Below, one piece after another: positions 42,384-57,240 of a DNA stretch of 64,000 bases (position 1 is the first letter of the stretch; each line of letters opens with the position of its first letter). A program made the translations under genes and the position numbers. Under the pieces are notes generated by a model. That model made no database searches. It was not told where the DNA came from and saw only the letters and a list, made by a program, of their open reading frames with translations. Source of the DNA: Octopus sinensis (Eukaryota). The stretch spans positions 36,084,001 through 36,148,000 of the forward strand of contig NC_043015.1 of NCBI RefSeq assembly GCF_006345805.1, given 5' to 3'.

Positions 42384-42946
42384 CATGGGTTGTTCGGAAA
42401 GTTCATGCCGATTTATAGTAGCTGACCTTTCGACATATTTTAGAACATGGTTGAGTCCATAAAATAGGATTTGACTACACCTCCATTTAGAGAACAGTTT
42501 ATCTTTTCGTAGAAGCAGGTTTATGTTCCTAAAACCTGTGTTAATTCTGTAACCCTTTAAAATTGAAGATAATAAAGTTAATTTTCGGCACTTGATGCTT
42601 TCGGAACTAGACAAAATTTGCTGCAGCTCGGCTGAGATGTGTTACCCCACCCTCCATATTCACCAGATATTGCTCCTTCGAATTTCACCTTATTCAGGTC
42701 TCTGCAGAATAGTCTTATTTGTAACAATTTCAATTCCTTGGATGACGTAAAAATATACCTTGATGAATTCTTTGCCATGAAACCACCTCAATTCTGGGAA
42801 GAGGATATTTTCAAGTTAAAGGAAAGAAGGAGACGCATTATGCAGCAAAATGATTCACATTTCGTTGATTAAAATTGTAATGGCAAGTATTTATTGACCT
42901 TTTTTTCCCCTTTAAATATCGGCACGAACTTTCCAGACAACCCAAT
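42384..42946 (+). mobile_element. Internally deleted mariner transposon
   Basis: TIRs TGGGTTGTTCGGAAAGTTCATGCCGAT and ATCGGCACGAACTTTCCAGACAACCCA. ORF 42639-42872 HPPYSPDIAPSNFTLFRSLQNSL...KLKERR is a mariner transposase C-terminus. Confidence 0.92.
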
Positions 42947-43418
42947 GGATTTTGAGTGTGGACCAGTCGATGTTTTCTCTATTGTTATAATTATTCCACA
43001 CACCCACATACATACATGCACACAGATATATATGTGTACACACACGCGCACGTATGTGCTGGTATAGGTGAGCTAAGGTGCGCGTATGTGCAGGCAGTTG
43101 GGTCGGTCTAAGTCTGCTTTCACATTTATACTTAATTACGAAGCCAAAGTTCTGCAGCACATGGAGTCTAAGACACGAATAGACGGAAGCACGTGTTGGG
43201 ACACACAGACACACACAGACGCAGGCAGAAACCTATGCACAGGAAATTTACGAACACACAAGCAGACACATGCATATTCGTGCGTGTGTGTATGTGTCAG
43301 TGAATGTATGCACAATTATATGTAAAAAGGCATTTATGCGCCCGTGTGTGCTTGTATATATATGTATATATATATATACATACATGCATACATACACTCG
43401 AATATATAAATGTATCTG

Positions 43419-43451
<33 letters not shown>

Positions 43452-44010
43452 TTAAGCATATATGTGTGTGTACGTGTGTGTGACATTGTGTGTGTGTGCG
43501 TGTACATGTGTGCATATAGTTAAATGCACCATTTCTAATTGAATGCGAAGCCCAAGTTCTGCTGATTAAGTCGGTGGAGGAACATTTCTTCTGTATGAAT
43601 AGGAAGCAATAGAAATTGTGAGCCAATTATGATTTATCTCGATAGCATAGAACAATGTTATCATCTGTGCAGGGGAGGCGGTCGTTTGGCGGGTTTCCAT
43701 TGAGTGGCACCTACACCTCCCTCGTTTGTGCAAACGAAGAAGCAGTTGTATTAGGAACACCAGGGGTAGCAGTAGCAATAGTAGTGTTGCTAGTATTATT
43801 AGTAAAGTTTGTAGCAGATATCCTATAGGAATATTTGTTGGGATAAGGGATATTGTAGTAGTAGTAGTAGTTTTAAAATTAGTACGCCTTGATAGTAGCA
43901 GGCGTGATAGTTTGAATAACATTATTTAGCAGTAACAAATAATTAATCTCACAAATGCATACACACACACACACTCCCTCTCTCACACACACGCACGCAC
44001 ACACACACAC

Positions 44011-44087
<77 letters not shown>

Positions 44088-44539
44088 GTGAAAAAGGTAC
44101 CAATATACCTGAGGCTTTCGACTAGATAAAATTAGCAATAATTTGCAAAACTTGCAAAGTGTAAAAGCTACTAACTTTTATTTATGAATTCATTTCAAAA
44201 TGAATTTGATCTCCTTAACTATCATACAAAAGTACATCAGTTCACCAAATTTGAAAACAAATCGAAGAAAATTAAAAGAATTGAAAACTGTGACAACAGA
44301 AAAGATCCATATCCTTGCCAAAAGGAGTGAAAATCATTCATTGTTGACTGGATACAAAATAAATATTCTACATCATTGTAATGCATTTAACCACAATCGA
44401 CGCGTCTCATAATCAGAGTAGAAGCATCTAACCACATCAATCTTGACGGTCTTGCCCACACATTTTGTTTTACAGCACAGTAACTGAAACTGCATCTGTC
44501 TGTCTGTATGTCTGTCTGTCTCTCTCCAGTTCATTTACT

Positions 44540-44870
44540 GCCTGTAGCGATTCACTCATCAACACATATCACATTTAATGAGGTCTGGTCTGAGAAGAAC
44601 CCCTGGGCCTTCAAAGCAGTCAACTGCGTGAAACACAGCCACACCATCAAATAGCAGATTATCTCGCTAGGCAACGTACATTGGCTGTTCGGTGATCCAG
44701 ATCACCAAGGCAGATTCATCCTAAACGTGTTAGCAGACGCTCAATTGAACCATTGCACATCAACAATGCAGGCATATTGAAATCAAGCCCCCAGGTCGAT
44801 TCTTCGTTCTTGCCATATGATGTCAGGCAGCAGCTGGAGTTGGTAGATACATGTCTTCAAGATTCTTTCT
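44540..44870 (-). mobile_element. RTE-like LINE C-terminal remnant (heavily decayed)
   Basis: Frameshifted pieces resembling LLYGSESW, RRLLGI.W.D and RWCGHVSR (here *WCGCVSR). Confidence 0.45.
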
Positions 44871-44991
44871 AACACACAACACATTCTTCTTATCTCTAGC
44901 ATTGTCAAGACAAGAACGTTTAGAAAACGCCCGGAATATATATACGTGTGTGTGTGTGTGTTTTATATATTACATTATTATTATTATTATT

Positions 44992-45209
44992 TATTTCTTT
45001 ACTACCCACAAGGGGCTAAACACAGAGTGGACAAACAAGGACAGACAAATGGATTAAGTCGATTACATCGACTCCAGTGTGTAACTGGTACTTAATTTAT
45101 CTACCTCGAAAGGACGAAAGGCAAAGCCGACCTCGACGAAATTTGAACTCGGAACGTAACGACAGACGAAATACGCTCTGCATGCTAACGTTTCTGCCAG
45201 CTCGCCGCC
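44992..45209 (-). mobile_element. tRNA-derived SINE
   Basis: Reverse-complement match to 47137-47367 with a short internal deletion. Confidence 0.9.
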
Positions 45210-45240
45210 TTATTACATTATTATTATTATTATATATATG

Positions 45241-45273
<33 letters not shown>

Positions 45274-45889
45274 TAATGTAAATACGTATATGAATGCGTA
45301 TGTGTGTGTGTGTCATGTTGCCCATTAACATCTCCTTCCTCTGTTTCACCTTGCTTTCGAGTCTAAACTACAGAAATACTAGGAATCTGCTCCTGGCGGT
45401 GAATCTGATAGTTTTCCTTGCTGTGTTGTTATTTCATACAACACTGTAGTGAAATGCTATCTAGTTAATCGTTTCACTACTTAGAAATAGCAGTCACGTC
45501 TACCAGAAATGAAACTACCAGAATGGTCACTGCTGTAATGCTTTTAATCATGTCTGACCAGTTAGGATTTACCTGTGGCTAAAACTACAGAACCGCCATC
45601 ACTGTCTCCACCGCCACCGCCGCCAATAACGATAGACAGCAATAACTGGCGTAACAAATTACCGCATTCTATCGTTGCAGTTATTAAGAATGCTGTTTGT
45701 TTCTTGTTCTCGTATTGTTGCATGTTATTGTCTAACATAGCTATGGTTCTCTTATTTAATAGCCTCTTAGCATGAAAGGCACACACACGCCCACACGCAC
45801 ACACGCACAGACACACATACACGTATATAAATATATGTGTATATGTGTGTGTGTATATATGCATATATATGTATGTATGCATGCATATA

Positions 45890-45932
<43 letters not shown>

Positions 45933-45933
45933 C

Positions 45934-46005
<72 letters not shown>

Positions 46006-46116
46006 GTGTGTGTAGTGTGTGTATGTGATCGATTCTGTGCGTATGCAAATGTATTGATGTAGTCATTACAAGTTCATGCAAACAAAATATATATACATAC
46101 ACACATATATATATAT

Positions 46117-46152
<36 letters not shown>

Positions 46153-47136
46153 GATATATATATATATAGGGAGAGAGAGAGCATAGACATACGCACCACC
46201 CATATACATATTCCATCTATACACACATATACACAAACATATATTTATATACACACATTAGGTAGACGCTCACTTCCCTTTTTCCACAATCGTGTTGATT
46301 AGATAAATTTTCCTGTAGATAATAAGTATCTAGAGACATCGTCGTTGTATAGATTGCATTAATTTAGCCTCTAATTAATGTTGTTGTTGGTGTTAGTATT
46401 ATTGTTTTTTTTACTGTTATTGCTGTGGAATTGGTGCTGGTCGACTTTTATTCCAATCGTAAAGAGTTTCTGTCAAACACCCCGGCCCTCGCCATTTCTT
46501 CCTTTATGGCTTAGATTTTTTTTAAACCTACCTTATTGTTGCACGACATTATTTAGTTTAATCTGTGTTTTGTTTTCAGACATAGTTTATGGTTTGAGTG
46601 TGATTTAACTGCTATTTCTTGTTCAATTAATTCTGCAAATAGGCTTCCACGAAAGGTTTAGATTCGAACGCATATATTGATGGGAAGCTGTCTAGTTTCA
46701 ATTATCGAATAATGATTAAATATCGCTTGTAATTTGAACACAGGGCCAGAAGCTTGGAGGATATGGGGTTTCATCACTTACCTCGATTGACAGTATACTG
46801 GTAATATTTTGATGTAGAGAGTTGGGAGGAATTAAACGAAATGCTCAGCGGAATTCGACTTCAAAATCTAGGTTATAGGGAGAATGTATCAAGTCATTTT
46901 GTCTTACGTTCTTACAACTCTGTTAATGGAAGGCCCTCGATGGCAATACCCTGCTGTTGGAATATTGACAATTTTCTGGAAACTTGGCGAGACAATATTC
47001 CATCGAATGTCGCCGAAACTCTATCCGATTCAGAGTTTTATAGTTGTATTCTGTTTCATTATTGTGTTTTCTAGAATGTGATTGGTTGGGCATAAATATT
47101 TATTAAATGCTACTTTATATCTATGAAGCTTATTCT

Positions 47137-47367
47137 GGCGGCGAGCTGTCAGAAACGTTAGCACGCCGGGCAAAATGCTTAGCGATATTTCGTCTGTCGT
47201 TACGTTCTGAGTTCAAATTCCGCCGAGGTCGACTTTGCCTTTCATCCTTTCGGGGTCGATAAATTAAGTACCAGTTACGCACTGTAGTCGATGTAATCGA
47301 CTTAATCCTTTTGTCTGTCATTGTTTGTCCCCTCTGTGTTTAGCCCCTTGTCGGCAGTAAAGAAATA
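47137..47367 (+). mobile_element. Near-intact tRNA-derived SINE with TSD
   Basis: Head GGCGGCGAGCTGTCAGAA, B-box GAGTTCAAATTCC, and TSD TATTCT at 47131-47136 and 47368-47373. Confidence 0.9.
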
Positions 47368-47659
47368 TATTCTGGTTATGCAAATTAATGTCTACCTTCA
47401 TTAATTTATATCAGCCTCCACAGACTGAGCTTGCTCAGGCACATTTAACCCGAGCCCGTCATTCATCCCTGTCCGGCATTAGTTGAGGGAGGGTTTGGGA
47501 GATGCGGTCACTGTTACTGTTGAGTTGATCTACCTACGTTTTGTTCGGACCGCCTGCTCAAATACGTCAATGTTTCTCTATCATCAATAATTATATTTAT
47601 ATTAACAATTTTGTTGTTAATATTACGTTTATTGTTTCTTTTTTTTTTGTAGGTTTAAT

Positions 47660-47900
47660 GTTTATGGAATCCAAGCTAGATGGAAGCAACCCATCAATGC
47701 AAGGAGCAGTCTTAAAACTTATATTTAAGAACTCATGCGACGAAGGAACAACTGTATGGAGATCCCCTGCCTGTTTCTACCATTATAATTAAAAGACGTT
47801 TGCGCTTTGCAAAACATTGCTGGCGTGTGAAGCATGAGTGAGTTGGCCCGTGATCTAGAACGGAATCTAAGACGCAGAAGCTACAATTCAAACGGAATAA
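47660..47900 (+). mobile_element. RTE-X-like LINE C-terminal remnant
   Basis: SKLDG...AVL then, after a frameshift, EQLYGDPLPVSTIIIKRRLRFAKHCWR, matching the LYG.LP...RRLRFAGHC motif. Confidence 0.7.
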
Positions 47901-48522
47901 TCTCCCCATCTATTAGGATGTAAAAAATCAGTCAATTAAGCCCTGAGGTGGTTTTATCTGTTTCAACTTCATAATACATATTGAAGTGCAAATATTGAAT
48001 AGCAACAATCAGCCGAAACGCAGCGTAGGTAATATGAATGAATTTATTAATTTCAAATGGGCTATAGTAATAATTGCTTACTCTATGTATGTATTTTCCG
48101 TTTTCATGAAATTGAAATTTATAAACTTTACATACTTACATGCATACATACATATATACATACATACATATATATACACACACTCACGCATATATATGAG
48201 TGTATGTGCCCTTGTTCGTTCTTCACCACCGTTTAACAACGGGATAAGTTTTATACGTCCTCGTAAGATAACTTCTAGGAGTCAATTCATTCGACAAAAA
48301 ATTCCTCAAGGTGATGCTTCGGCATGGCCACAGTATAATGACTGAAACATTTAAAAAATAAAAGATATATACGTATATATCTGTTATATTTAGGGATATC
48401 GAAGCACAGCAAATCTTCTTTTTGCTGTTGCGTAATATGAGGCTAAGAACTGCATCTTGAAGCATCCGTTATCTACGAGGGAGAGCGAACACGTGAGTAC
48501 AATGTTGATGTGTAGCACTCAC

Positions 48523-48636
48523 CTGGTGTTGAAGTAGATTAAATAATTGAACGTCGAGCAGAGTTTGTCAAGGTTGCTGAGTGTATCGTCAGTGAGAACA
48601 CACCAAATACTTCCAATTTCCTCGATAGAGCAAGAT
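48523..48636 (-). CDS. Candidate internal exon of an unknown gene
   Basis: Strong donor CAG|GTGAGT and a weak acceptor. 114-bp open phase 2-2 frame SCSIEEIGSIWCVLTDDTLSNLDKLCSTFNYLIYFNT; no homology recognised. Confidence 0.2.
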
Positions 48637-49163
48637 CTTATCGTGTAAAGCAAAGGTTTGAAGTGTGAACAGAAGAATAATCAGAGAAGAAGGAAAAAAA
48701 ATTAAAACAAACTAATTTACTACAACTGCTACCAGAGCCAACATCACTGGAACAACAGCAGCACCAGAAGCAGCGGCAGCGGTAGCAGCAGTAGCAATAA
48801 GAACAACCACAACGATGACGACAAAAACAACACCAAAACGATGACAACATGAAACAACAAAAGCAACAACGACAACAATATTATTGGTTAGTATAAAAGC
48901 AAACAAGAATCATAAAGTCTTCCTTATTTGGTAAAGAAAATATCATTAGGACGAATTCTTATATATTCTTCTTATATTCATATTCAACGCTGGACGCGGT
49001 TTTTCGATCGGAATTCAATTACAAAATCTAATTTGATTTTTCCTACATATATACGCAGGAAAACACACACATGTACACTCACAAGCTCACACACACACGC
49101 ACATATATACTCACACGCATACACATATATTATAAATTGATAAATAAATAGGTAGATACACTA

Positions 49164-49209
<46 letters not shown>

Positions 49210-49245
49210 ATATCATATATATATATAGATATATATATATATACA

Positions 49246-49292
<47 letters not shown>

Positions 49293-49300
49293 TATATACA

Positions 49301-49356
<56 letters not shown>

Positions 49357-49456
49357 NNNNNNNNNNNNNNNNNNNNNNNNNNNNNNNNNNNNNNNNNNNN
49401 NNNNNNNNNNNNNNNNNNNNNNNNNNNNNNNNNNNNNNNNNNNNNNNNNNNNNNNN
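49357..49456. other. Assembly gap (100 N)
   Basis: A run of exactly 100 N following a (TA)n tract. Confidence 1.
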
Positions 49457-50378
49457 CCTCAAAAGATTATGCGTAGTTTTGAAAGTTGTATAACATTAAT
49501 TTTTATGAGACGAGGCTGAATAATGGTGGTTTTGTATTGAGACATAGGTGAATATAGCAAGGAATAACAAATTTGATAAGACATACATGGAATTAGCCAA
49601 GGGATTAGAAATACAATTGAAATGGAATATAATCTCAATCAGCAAAAGAATCTTTGGATTTCGTGAACCGACGTACCTTTTGTTAAAGATAGATTAATGC
49701 TGGTTGATGTAAATTTTTCATTTTTATACGGTAACGTTACGCCAGAAACAATATGATGTACAGTTGTTTAACAATTTTTGTTTTAATCAAACCTGTGAAT
49801 GTCATACGGGAACAGAAATTGTTTCAATGCACGATTTTATAAGTGTGGTTATACCCTCAACTAATCGGAAGTCAATTTAATAAATTCTTTTCCGCTCCGT
49901 GTGCAAAATTCGGGTAATATTCATTTCTAAAGATACGAAAGAGAATGGTTTGAACCAACAGCTGTATTTCCATCATTCTGTTGTCGGTAACACTCTAGCA
50001 AGATGTAACGCCTATCTGACAATTTTTCATTTCAGGCAGTTAGCGGTCATATGACTAATAACTATAAACAGACAAAATGTAGTCAAATCTCTCTATGTCC
50101 AATTTAGCTTTTCCTTCTTTTGTATTCGAACAAGAAATCGATATCATCTTCTAGTTGTTTCTCATCAAATTTGTGGTTTCTTGATAAGAATTACGGTCTT
50201 ACGGTCGGTTACGACTATGAGTGGTCCAGCTGCGTCAATTGAGGGGGGGGGGGCGTAAGCAGTTTACTCCCCAACCACAAGGTAGAGTTTTATCTTTTTA
50301 GCCTATCCCAGTAACTTGTTTGATGCATTTAGAAGGCGATTTGTGTTTTGCGTCGCTGGATTGCTTCGAGTTCCGCCT

Positions 50379-50612
50379 GTGGAGGCACGTGGATTATTGT
50401 TTAAAGTGTTGGACTCATGAAACCTAGATTGCGGTTTCGATTCCTGGAGCGGGCGACGCGTTGTGTTCTTGAGCAAACCACTTCTTTTCACGTCGCTTCA
50501 GTCCACTCAGCTGGAAAAGAATGAGTAATACTTCAAAGGACTGGCAGGAATATATACGCCATGAAACCAGGAAACCGGTCCTTATGAGTCGGCATGACTC
50601 GAGAATGTAACT
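50379..50612 (+). mobile_element. tRNA-derived SINE
   Basis: Head GTGGAGGCACGTGG...GTTTCGATTCCTGG, related to the head at 10977. Confidence 0.75.
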
Positions 50613-50614
50613 TT

Positions 50615-51340
50615 TTCCTTACATTTTCGAGTTCCATCGTTAATTTTACATTGTTTTGTGACCATAGTTGGGAGCAGTAGTCTAAGCGACTGAGGGCATA
50701 TATACTCCAGAGGACCTTCATGGTTTCCTGTTCTCTCGTTCTGAAACTTTTAAGGATTCAGCCGATCAGCCTCCTTTACTTTATTGCCAAATTAGTAATA
50801 TGCTCCTGGATGGATGCATCATTTCTCCTCTCAATAACCAGGTCATGCACTGATTTTTTTTCAAGTATAGCAGTCGCTCCTGGGTCATTGTATCAACTGC
50901 ATAGCTACTTGAACAGTTGAGGGCATGTCTCATGGAGTCACTCTGAAAAGCAGTAGTCCTAACACAGTAAAGTATGGAACATCACTCTTTATTTCAGTTT
51001 CCTTAGAGGTTGCTTTCGTTTACTTAGAGGTTCCTTAGAGGTCACAATGCCCGACTTCTATATTCTAAAACGTTACAGCTACCCTGAAACGTTTCCAGCA
51101 ATACTGAGATCACGCTACTTGTGACATATCACACCGTGGTAGGTTTTATCAAATATTTCGCAATGTCGAGATATGTCACATCCGCATTTGAAATGCTGGG
51201 CAGATGCTTTAACACCCATTCGTAGTGCCTCAAGAGCTGTGCCAGGCAGTTTCTACATCCTGGGGAATAATGCAGGGAGAGAGTCATTAAATCATTCCTT
51301 ACCAACAATGCAATTAGTTTGTCATTCTGATAAACTAGTA
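50615..51340 (-). mobile_element. CR1-like LINE RT remnant, same family as 2862-4840
   Basis: LAQLLRHYEWVL, ADVTYLDIAK, SDVPYFTVLGLLLF and LKSFRTREQETMKVLWSIYALSRLDYCSQLWS, with frameshifts. Confidence 0.8.
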
Positions 51341-51725
51341 CAACACATCGAAAGATTTACTGACATGGATAATTATAGCAAAGAAGGGGGAAATTTTCTC
51401 GTAATAGAGATTTGACTGGGAATTCAAATACAATGTTTAACGGCTGATCTCCGATCTATTTATCGATTAGTCAATCTATCTACTTATCATTTTACCTGCA
51501 TCTACATATATACACACAGACACAAACACACGCACACACATATATATATACATACACACATATATATATACATATATATATATACATATATATGTATATA
51601 TATATATATATATATGCAAAGTTATATACGAATAATATACAGATCTATATTGTGTACTTATGTATATATATATGTGTATATATGTGTATTATATATGTAT
51701 ATGCATGTATGTATATGTATGTATA

Positions 51726-51809
<84 letters not shown>

Positions 51810-52221
51810 GCACACACATGTGTGCGTGTGTGTTGTATTCATTCCTACTACAAGTGCTTCCTTATAAACAATGAAATGGTATAACTTTAGTTTTGGGGTT
51901 TGTTCCGCTACACAATAAAATCCTCTGCTTATATCGATATTAATTCCGCTTAACATAATATAAACAAAAGTAAATAAAAGAAAGATTAGAGATAAGAATA
52001 TGTCTTTGAAGAACAAACGAACTTGGAAATATCGCTGTAAAATTATTCAAAATGTTTTTAAAATATTTAGAAATAATTGATCCTTAAAGAAACTGGCTTT
52101 TGTGGCGAGACAAAAGAGATTGTTGTAATAGATTAATTACACTTAGAGCTTAACTGGGATATACACACATTAATTCGAATATACATATATATATATATAA
52201 ATGCTGATGACACTGAAAATA

Positions 52222-52256
<35 letters not shown>

Positions 52257-52500
52257 TTTATATAATATTATATCTATCATATATATATATATATATATAT
52301 ATGCATATATATATACATATTATATGTATATACGTATATATACGTATATCTACATATATATATAATATATATATAATATATATTATTATATATATTATAT
52401 ATATATATTATGTATATGTATACATCGATACGCATATATTATATATATACACATTTATATTATAGTATATACATTATATATATATACATAATATTACATC

Positions 52501-52535
<35 letters not shown>

Positions 52536-52572
52536 GTATGTATATATATATATATATATATAGATATATTAT

Positions 52573-52614
<42 letters not shown>

Positions 52615-52788
52615 TATAATATATATATATGTAGGTCCCGGGTTGATTCGGGGTTAACCACAGTAAATAAGGTACTCAATACATAGCAGAGTAAAGCTTC
52701 CTGACATAGCTCCTGAAGATTTCTCTTGAATGAAACAGTTCAGTCCTGTAGAAGCTCCTTCTATATAATAAATAAATAATATATATAT

Positions 52789-52850
<62 letters not shown>

Positions 52851-53374
52851 TATATGTATATTGACACACACACATTTCTTTCTCCGTAACAAATAATCAA
52901 CTGACAATAAACCTGTAGAATTGTGGTAAAATGTTGCATAAAATTTGGAGAAATAATAGAAAACAAAATTATCTAAATGCTGGCGGAAGGATGAGTACAA
53001 TCTTTTCAAATATGAAGGAAGCAAATAGATAGAAAAGGAAAAGGCACCATCTTAAAACCGCAGCAAGTAACATAGCCAGAGAACCGGAAGTACTGCAGGA
53101 AATTGACGCTATTCAGGGAATAGCAATAACCAACACAAAATTAATACAAGCGTATATATGTATGTATGTACGTATGTATGTATGTATATATGTAGTATGT
53201 ATATATAATATATAGATATATATGTATATATATATATATAATATATATATATATATGTAATATACATATATAATACATATAAATATATATATATATGTCT
53301 ATATATATATATACGTAATATATATATATACATATAATATATATACGTATATAATTATATATAATTATATATAT

Positions 53375-53408
<34 letters not shown>

Positions 53409-54439
53409 CATGTATATATATATACATATATATGTGTATATATACATAAATAAAAACACATACATACTCTTGTGTTACTTTTGTATTACATAACACACAC
53501 ACTCACAATCACACAAATACGTACAGATATATGTATGTACACACGTCTATTCATATGTACTCACGCGTATATACGTGTGAGTATCGACAGCGATTGACTT
53601 TTTAGGAAGGCTTGCATAAAAATATATTCCAGTAGACAAAATTTAGTCATTCTTAACCCTCATAGATATATCGACATTTGTTTGTGTCTATAAATTAGTT
53701 GCAGTATTTACGTGTGTGTGAACATATGTAAGTATCTCGGGTCTGTTCGCTACAACACACCATGACGATGTATGCGCAAACAAACGAAATTATAATACAT
53801 GACTTTTGTACAATACATCGTGTTGACATCATGCTGTTATATGATAGATTAATTAAATCGACGACAACAACAACAATATCAACAATAGATACAACAGTGG
53901 GAAGTAAAATAAAAGTTACAGAAAAATAAAATTTTAGCCTCAGGCAGAGTGCGTTGCTCTCGCTCAAAACATTTCTAAACATTGAAAATATATTTGTTTT
54001 CTCTTCGAATACCAAATAAGTTTTTGTATACGTTTTTGTCACACTCTGAAAAATAACATTGATAAATAAGTTGGTAGATGTTTCCCATATGGGAATATAT
54101 AATTCTCGTCACTAGACCTGATAAAATTAGCAGCTAAATCTTCCTCGAATTACACGACGCATCCCTCTTTCTTAATCTAGGCGTCTGGGCTTACATTTAC
54201 GCCAAAATGATTACACATGTTCAAGCATCTTTGGACATACACACATACACTCACACACTCTTTCTCATACACACAGACACACACTCAAACACACACATAC
54301 ATAGACACACATTGAAATTTGTACGCAAAATATTTGGATGCCAGCAACTTTGTTTTTATCTTGTCTGAACCAGTGGAACGTTCAATATTTCACAGTATCT
54401 AACCCAAGCTAGAGTGGTCGTTATGTGTCATCCACTCAC

Positions 54440-54538
54440 CCTTCATTCCTGGGAGGATCGTGGGGGTAGGGTTCTTGGGCACCTCCTCAATAGTACTTTG
54501 TCCGTCAGCATGACCAGCTGAGACATCAAACCATCATA
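54440..54538 (-). other. Candidate 99-bp exon with strong splice signals
   Basis: Long polypyrimidine tract, CTGCAG acceptor and G|GTGAGT donor. All three frames contain a stop unless the inner acceptor (exon start 54517) is used. Confidence 0.35.
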
Positions 54539-54626
54539 CTGCAGGGTGGGCATGGAAAGAGAAGAGAAAGCAGAGTATGGAGAAAAAACGAAAGACAGAG
54601 AATATGAAAAAGAATGTGGATAGAAG

Positions 54627-54704
<78 letters not shown>

Positions 54705-54717
54705 GTAGTAGTAGTAA

Positions 54718-54768
<51 letters not shown>

Positions 54769-55901
54769 CAGCAGCAGCACCAGTATTAGTCGTAGTAGTA
54801 GTAGTAGTAGTAGAGGAAATAGAAGAAAAGGAAGAAGTACAAGAAGAAAAAATGGACAACAAAAAGAAAACAAGTAAGAATATGAATAATTAAGGAGGAG
54901 GAGGAGGAGAAAGTGGAGAAAAAAGGGAAGAAGAAATTCATTGGGCATAGAAAACAACAATAGCAGCAAAAGAAGGGTATAAGACGTAGAAAATAGGAGG
55001 AGACAAAAGGCAGTAAATTAGCAGAAGATGAAAATGTATGAAGAAAAGATTCTCAGTAAGAAAGAATGAAAAAAATATAAAGAAGTTGAAATCCCGAGAA
55101 CGAAGAGACAAAAAGAAAGATGGCAGCAAAATATATGCAGAAGAAACAAACATAAACCTTTGGCAATGTTGGATTCTGTGGCAATATCATCAGCGCCACC
55201 ACAATAACTATAATCACACGCCGCCATTGTTGTAGTGATTCTCATCTCAATAAACGCAAGCGCCATATTGCTTAATTAGAGCCTTAGTTACAGATTCTTC
55301 ATTCAGCAGAAAGCAAACATTGACAAAACTGCGATAATACAATTATGGTTGATCTTCCGTCTGATTAATGGACTTGCTAACACGATCTTCGTGTTCACGG
55401 AAACACATTCGGTCTGTCCTCAATTGGGTCGAAGCCAACCAGTCTGTCATTTTAATTGCATCTCCTGTGATGCACTAGGATGTACGCTTCTGATTTCTGC
55501 ATGTATATATATATATATACACGTTTGTAGGTATGCATGTATGTATATCAGATTTATCAATCTGTATGTGATATTAACAATAGCAGTTGTATATATGCAT
55601 ATATGTATATACACATATACGCATGTATATACATACATACACACACGCACACATATATTGAGGATGTGTGGATGTGTTTATGTGGCAGTCTGTTCCCATC
55701 TCTCTGTATACACACATGCATACATATGCACTGACAAACTGGCGCACGTGCATACATACATGTATACATACACACGGGCGCACACATGTATAGATATACG
55801 AGGTTGATACCGTATGAAAATGCGTTGTAAAGCATACAGTGGTACCATAGACTTACATAGACAAAAGACATCCGATAAGTTCAGCAAAATGTTCTGCTTA
55901 C

Positions 55902-56018
55902 CATATGCATCCACAAAGCTGTAGGTGGTCCGCGTGGCACGTATTGGCACTGAATCGGAGATCACGCAGATTCACCAAGCTCACATTATTATTATTATTA
56001 TCACTATTACTATTATTA

Positions 56019-56051
<33 letters not shown>

Positions 56052-56157
56052 GTGTCGTCGTCATCGTCTTCCTCGTCGTTTCGCATTTGGTAGCTGGAGG
56101 CGAATTTCTGCTCCATCAACCCCGTGTTGCTGGGAGAAGAAGAATTGTCGCTGGTCT
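55902..56157 (-). CDS. Candidate exon encoding a Ser/Asp/Asn-rich low-complexity segment
   Basis: Acceptor TTGTTTTCAAAG and donor TG|GTAAGC enclose 84 open codons, TSDNSSSPSNTGLMEQKFASSYQMRNDEEDDDDTNNN...LRDLRFSANTCHADHLQLCGCI. No homology recognised. Confidence 0.3.
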
Positions 56158-56259
56158 CTTTGAAAACAAACTAGCATGTAAATATTTGTTCTACTTATTT
56201 GTGGGGAAAACAAAAAAATAGCAACAATACTGATGGACGAAGAAAAGCTGCTGCTGCTG

Positions 56260-56337
<78 letters not shown>

Positions 56338-56376
56338 TAATAATAATAATAATAATAATAATAGTAATAATAATAA

Positions 56377-57240
56377 TATTGAAAATGGCCACATCTCACT
56401 CCTCTGGAACTTCACCATTCAAACTGACAGAAAGATAGATGCAAATAGGTCAGACATCATAATGAAAGACTTCAGACAAAGAACATGCCTCCTCATTGAT
56501 ATGACTGTCCCAATCGATATAAACGTATCTGTCAAGACCTACCAAAGTCTGAGCAAATATAAAGATCTTGAAATAGAAATCAGCAAAACGGGGAACCTGC
56601 AAGGTCATGCGCTGTTTATCTGGATATGAGATCACCATATCGCGTACATATGGTTGTGGTGCATGTGCCTGGTGTACCCTTATTAGACGGGTATTTATAA
56701 TGGGTATATTGGGCTTCGTATAATTGTACCCCAGTGTCACTTTGATGACATGCACAGGTATCTCACTCCATAATAAAAATAATGCCCTGATGCAGTACCA
56801 GGCAGTGGGTCTCGTGGCTTCTGATCTTAACTGATTGGAAGTGTTATCATGTACATTGTTTTGTCTTGGTATAAAAGATGGGTTACAGCAAATATTCTGC
56901 TCAATACCACAGATTTGCTTGTCAGTTGTTTGACCTTAACCACTTGAGCATGTTCCTTAGTGGCTGACGATATGTGCATCTCTGATCACAAGCAGAAGTA
57001 GTGGGGGAGCTTCATAGCCATGTGTTAATAGGAATTTTTAACATCCTCAAACAACCCTAATTCAATTTCATTTGAGTGGGATGGGCTGTTCGACCTGAAA
57101 CAAAATTCTAACTTTGTCCCACCTGCAAGTTCATTGTGCTGTTTATCTTGATATGTGATCACCATATGGTTGAGATGCATGTGACTGGTGTACTCTTATG
57201 AGGTGGGTAGTCATGATGGATATACTGGGCTTCAGAGAGC
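56377..57240 (+). mobile_element. R4/Dong-like REL endonuclease remnant plus two copies of an associated 3' repeat
   Basis: LLWNFTIQTDRKIDANRSDII...LLIDMTVPID...KYKDLEIEI is a PD-(D/E)xK-type REL domain. The segment ACCTGCAAG...GGGCTTC recurs near 56596 and 57121. Confidence 0.8.

Noticed and set aside
46841-47081. Two overlapping 65-77-aa ORFs
   Set aside because: They begin in a decayed SINE, several frames are open on both strands, and there is no homology.
52705-52750. CTGAAGA...GAAACAGTTC hammerhead-like string in a repeat
   Set aside because: No consistent stem I, and the first pair of stem II is U-U.
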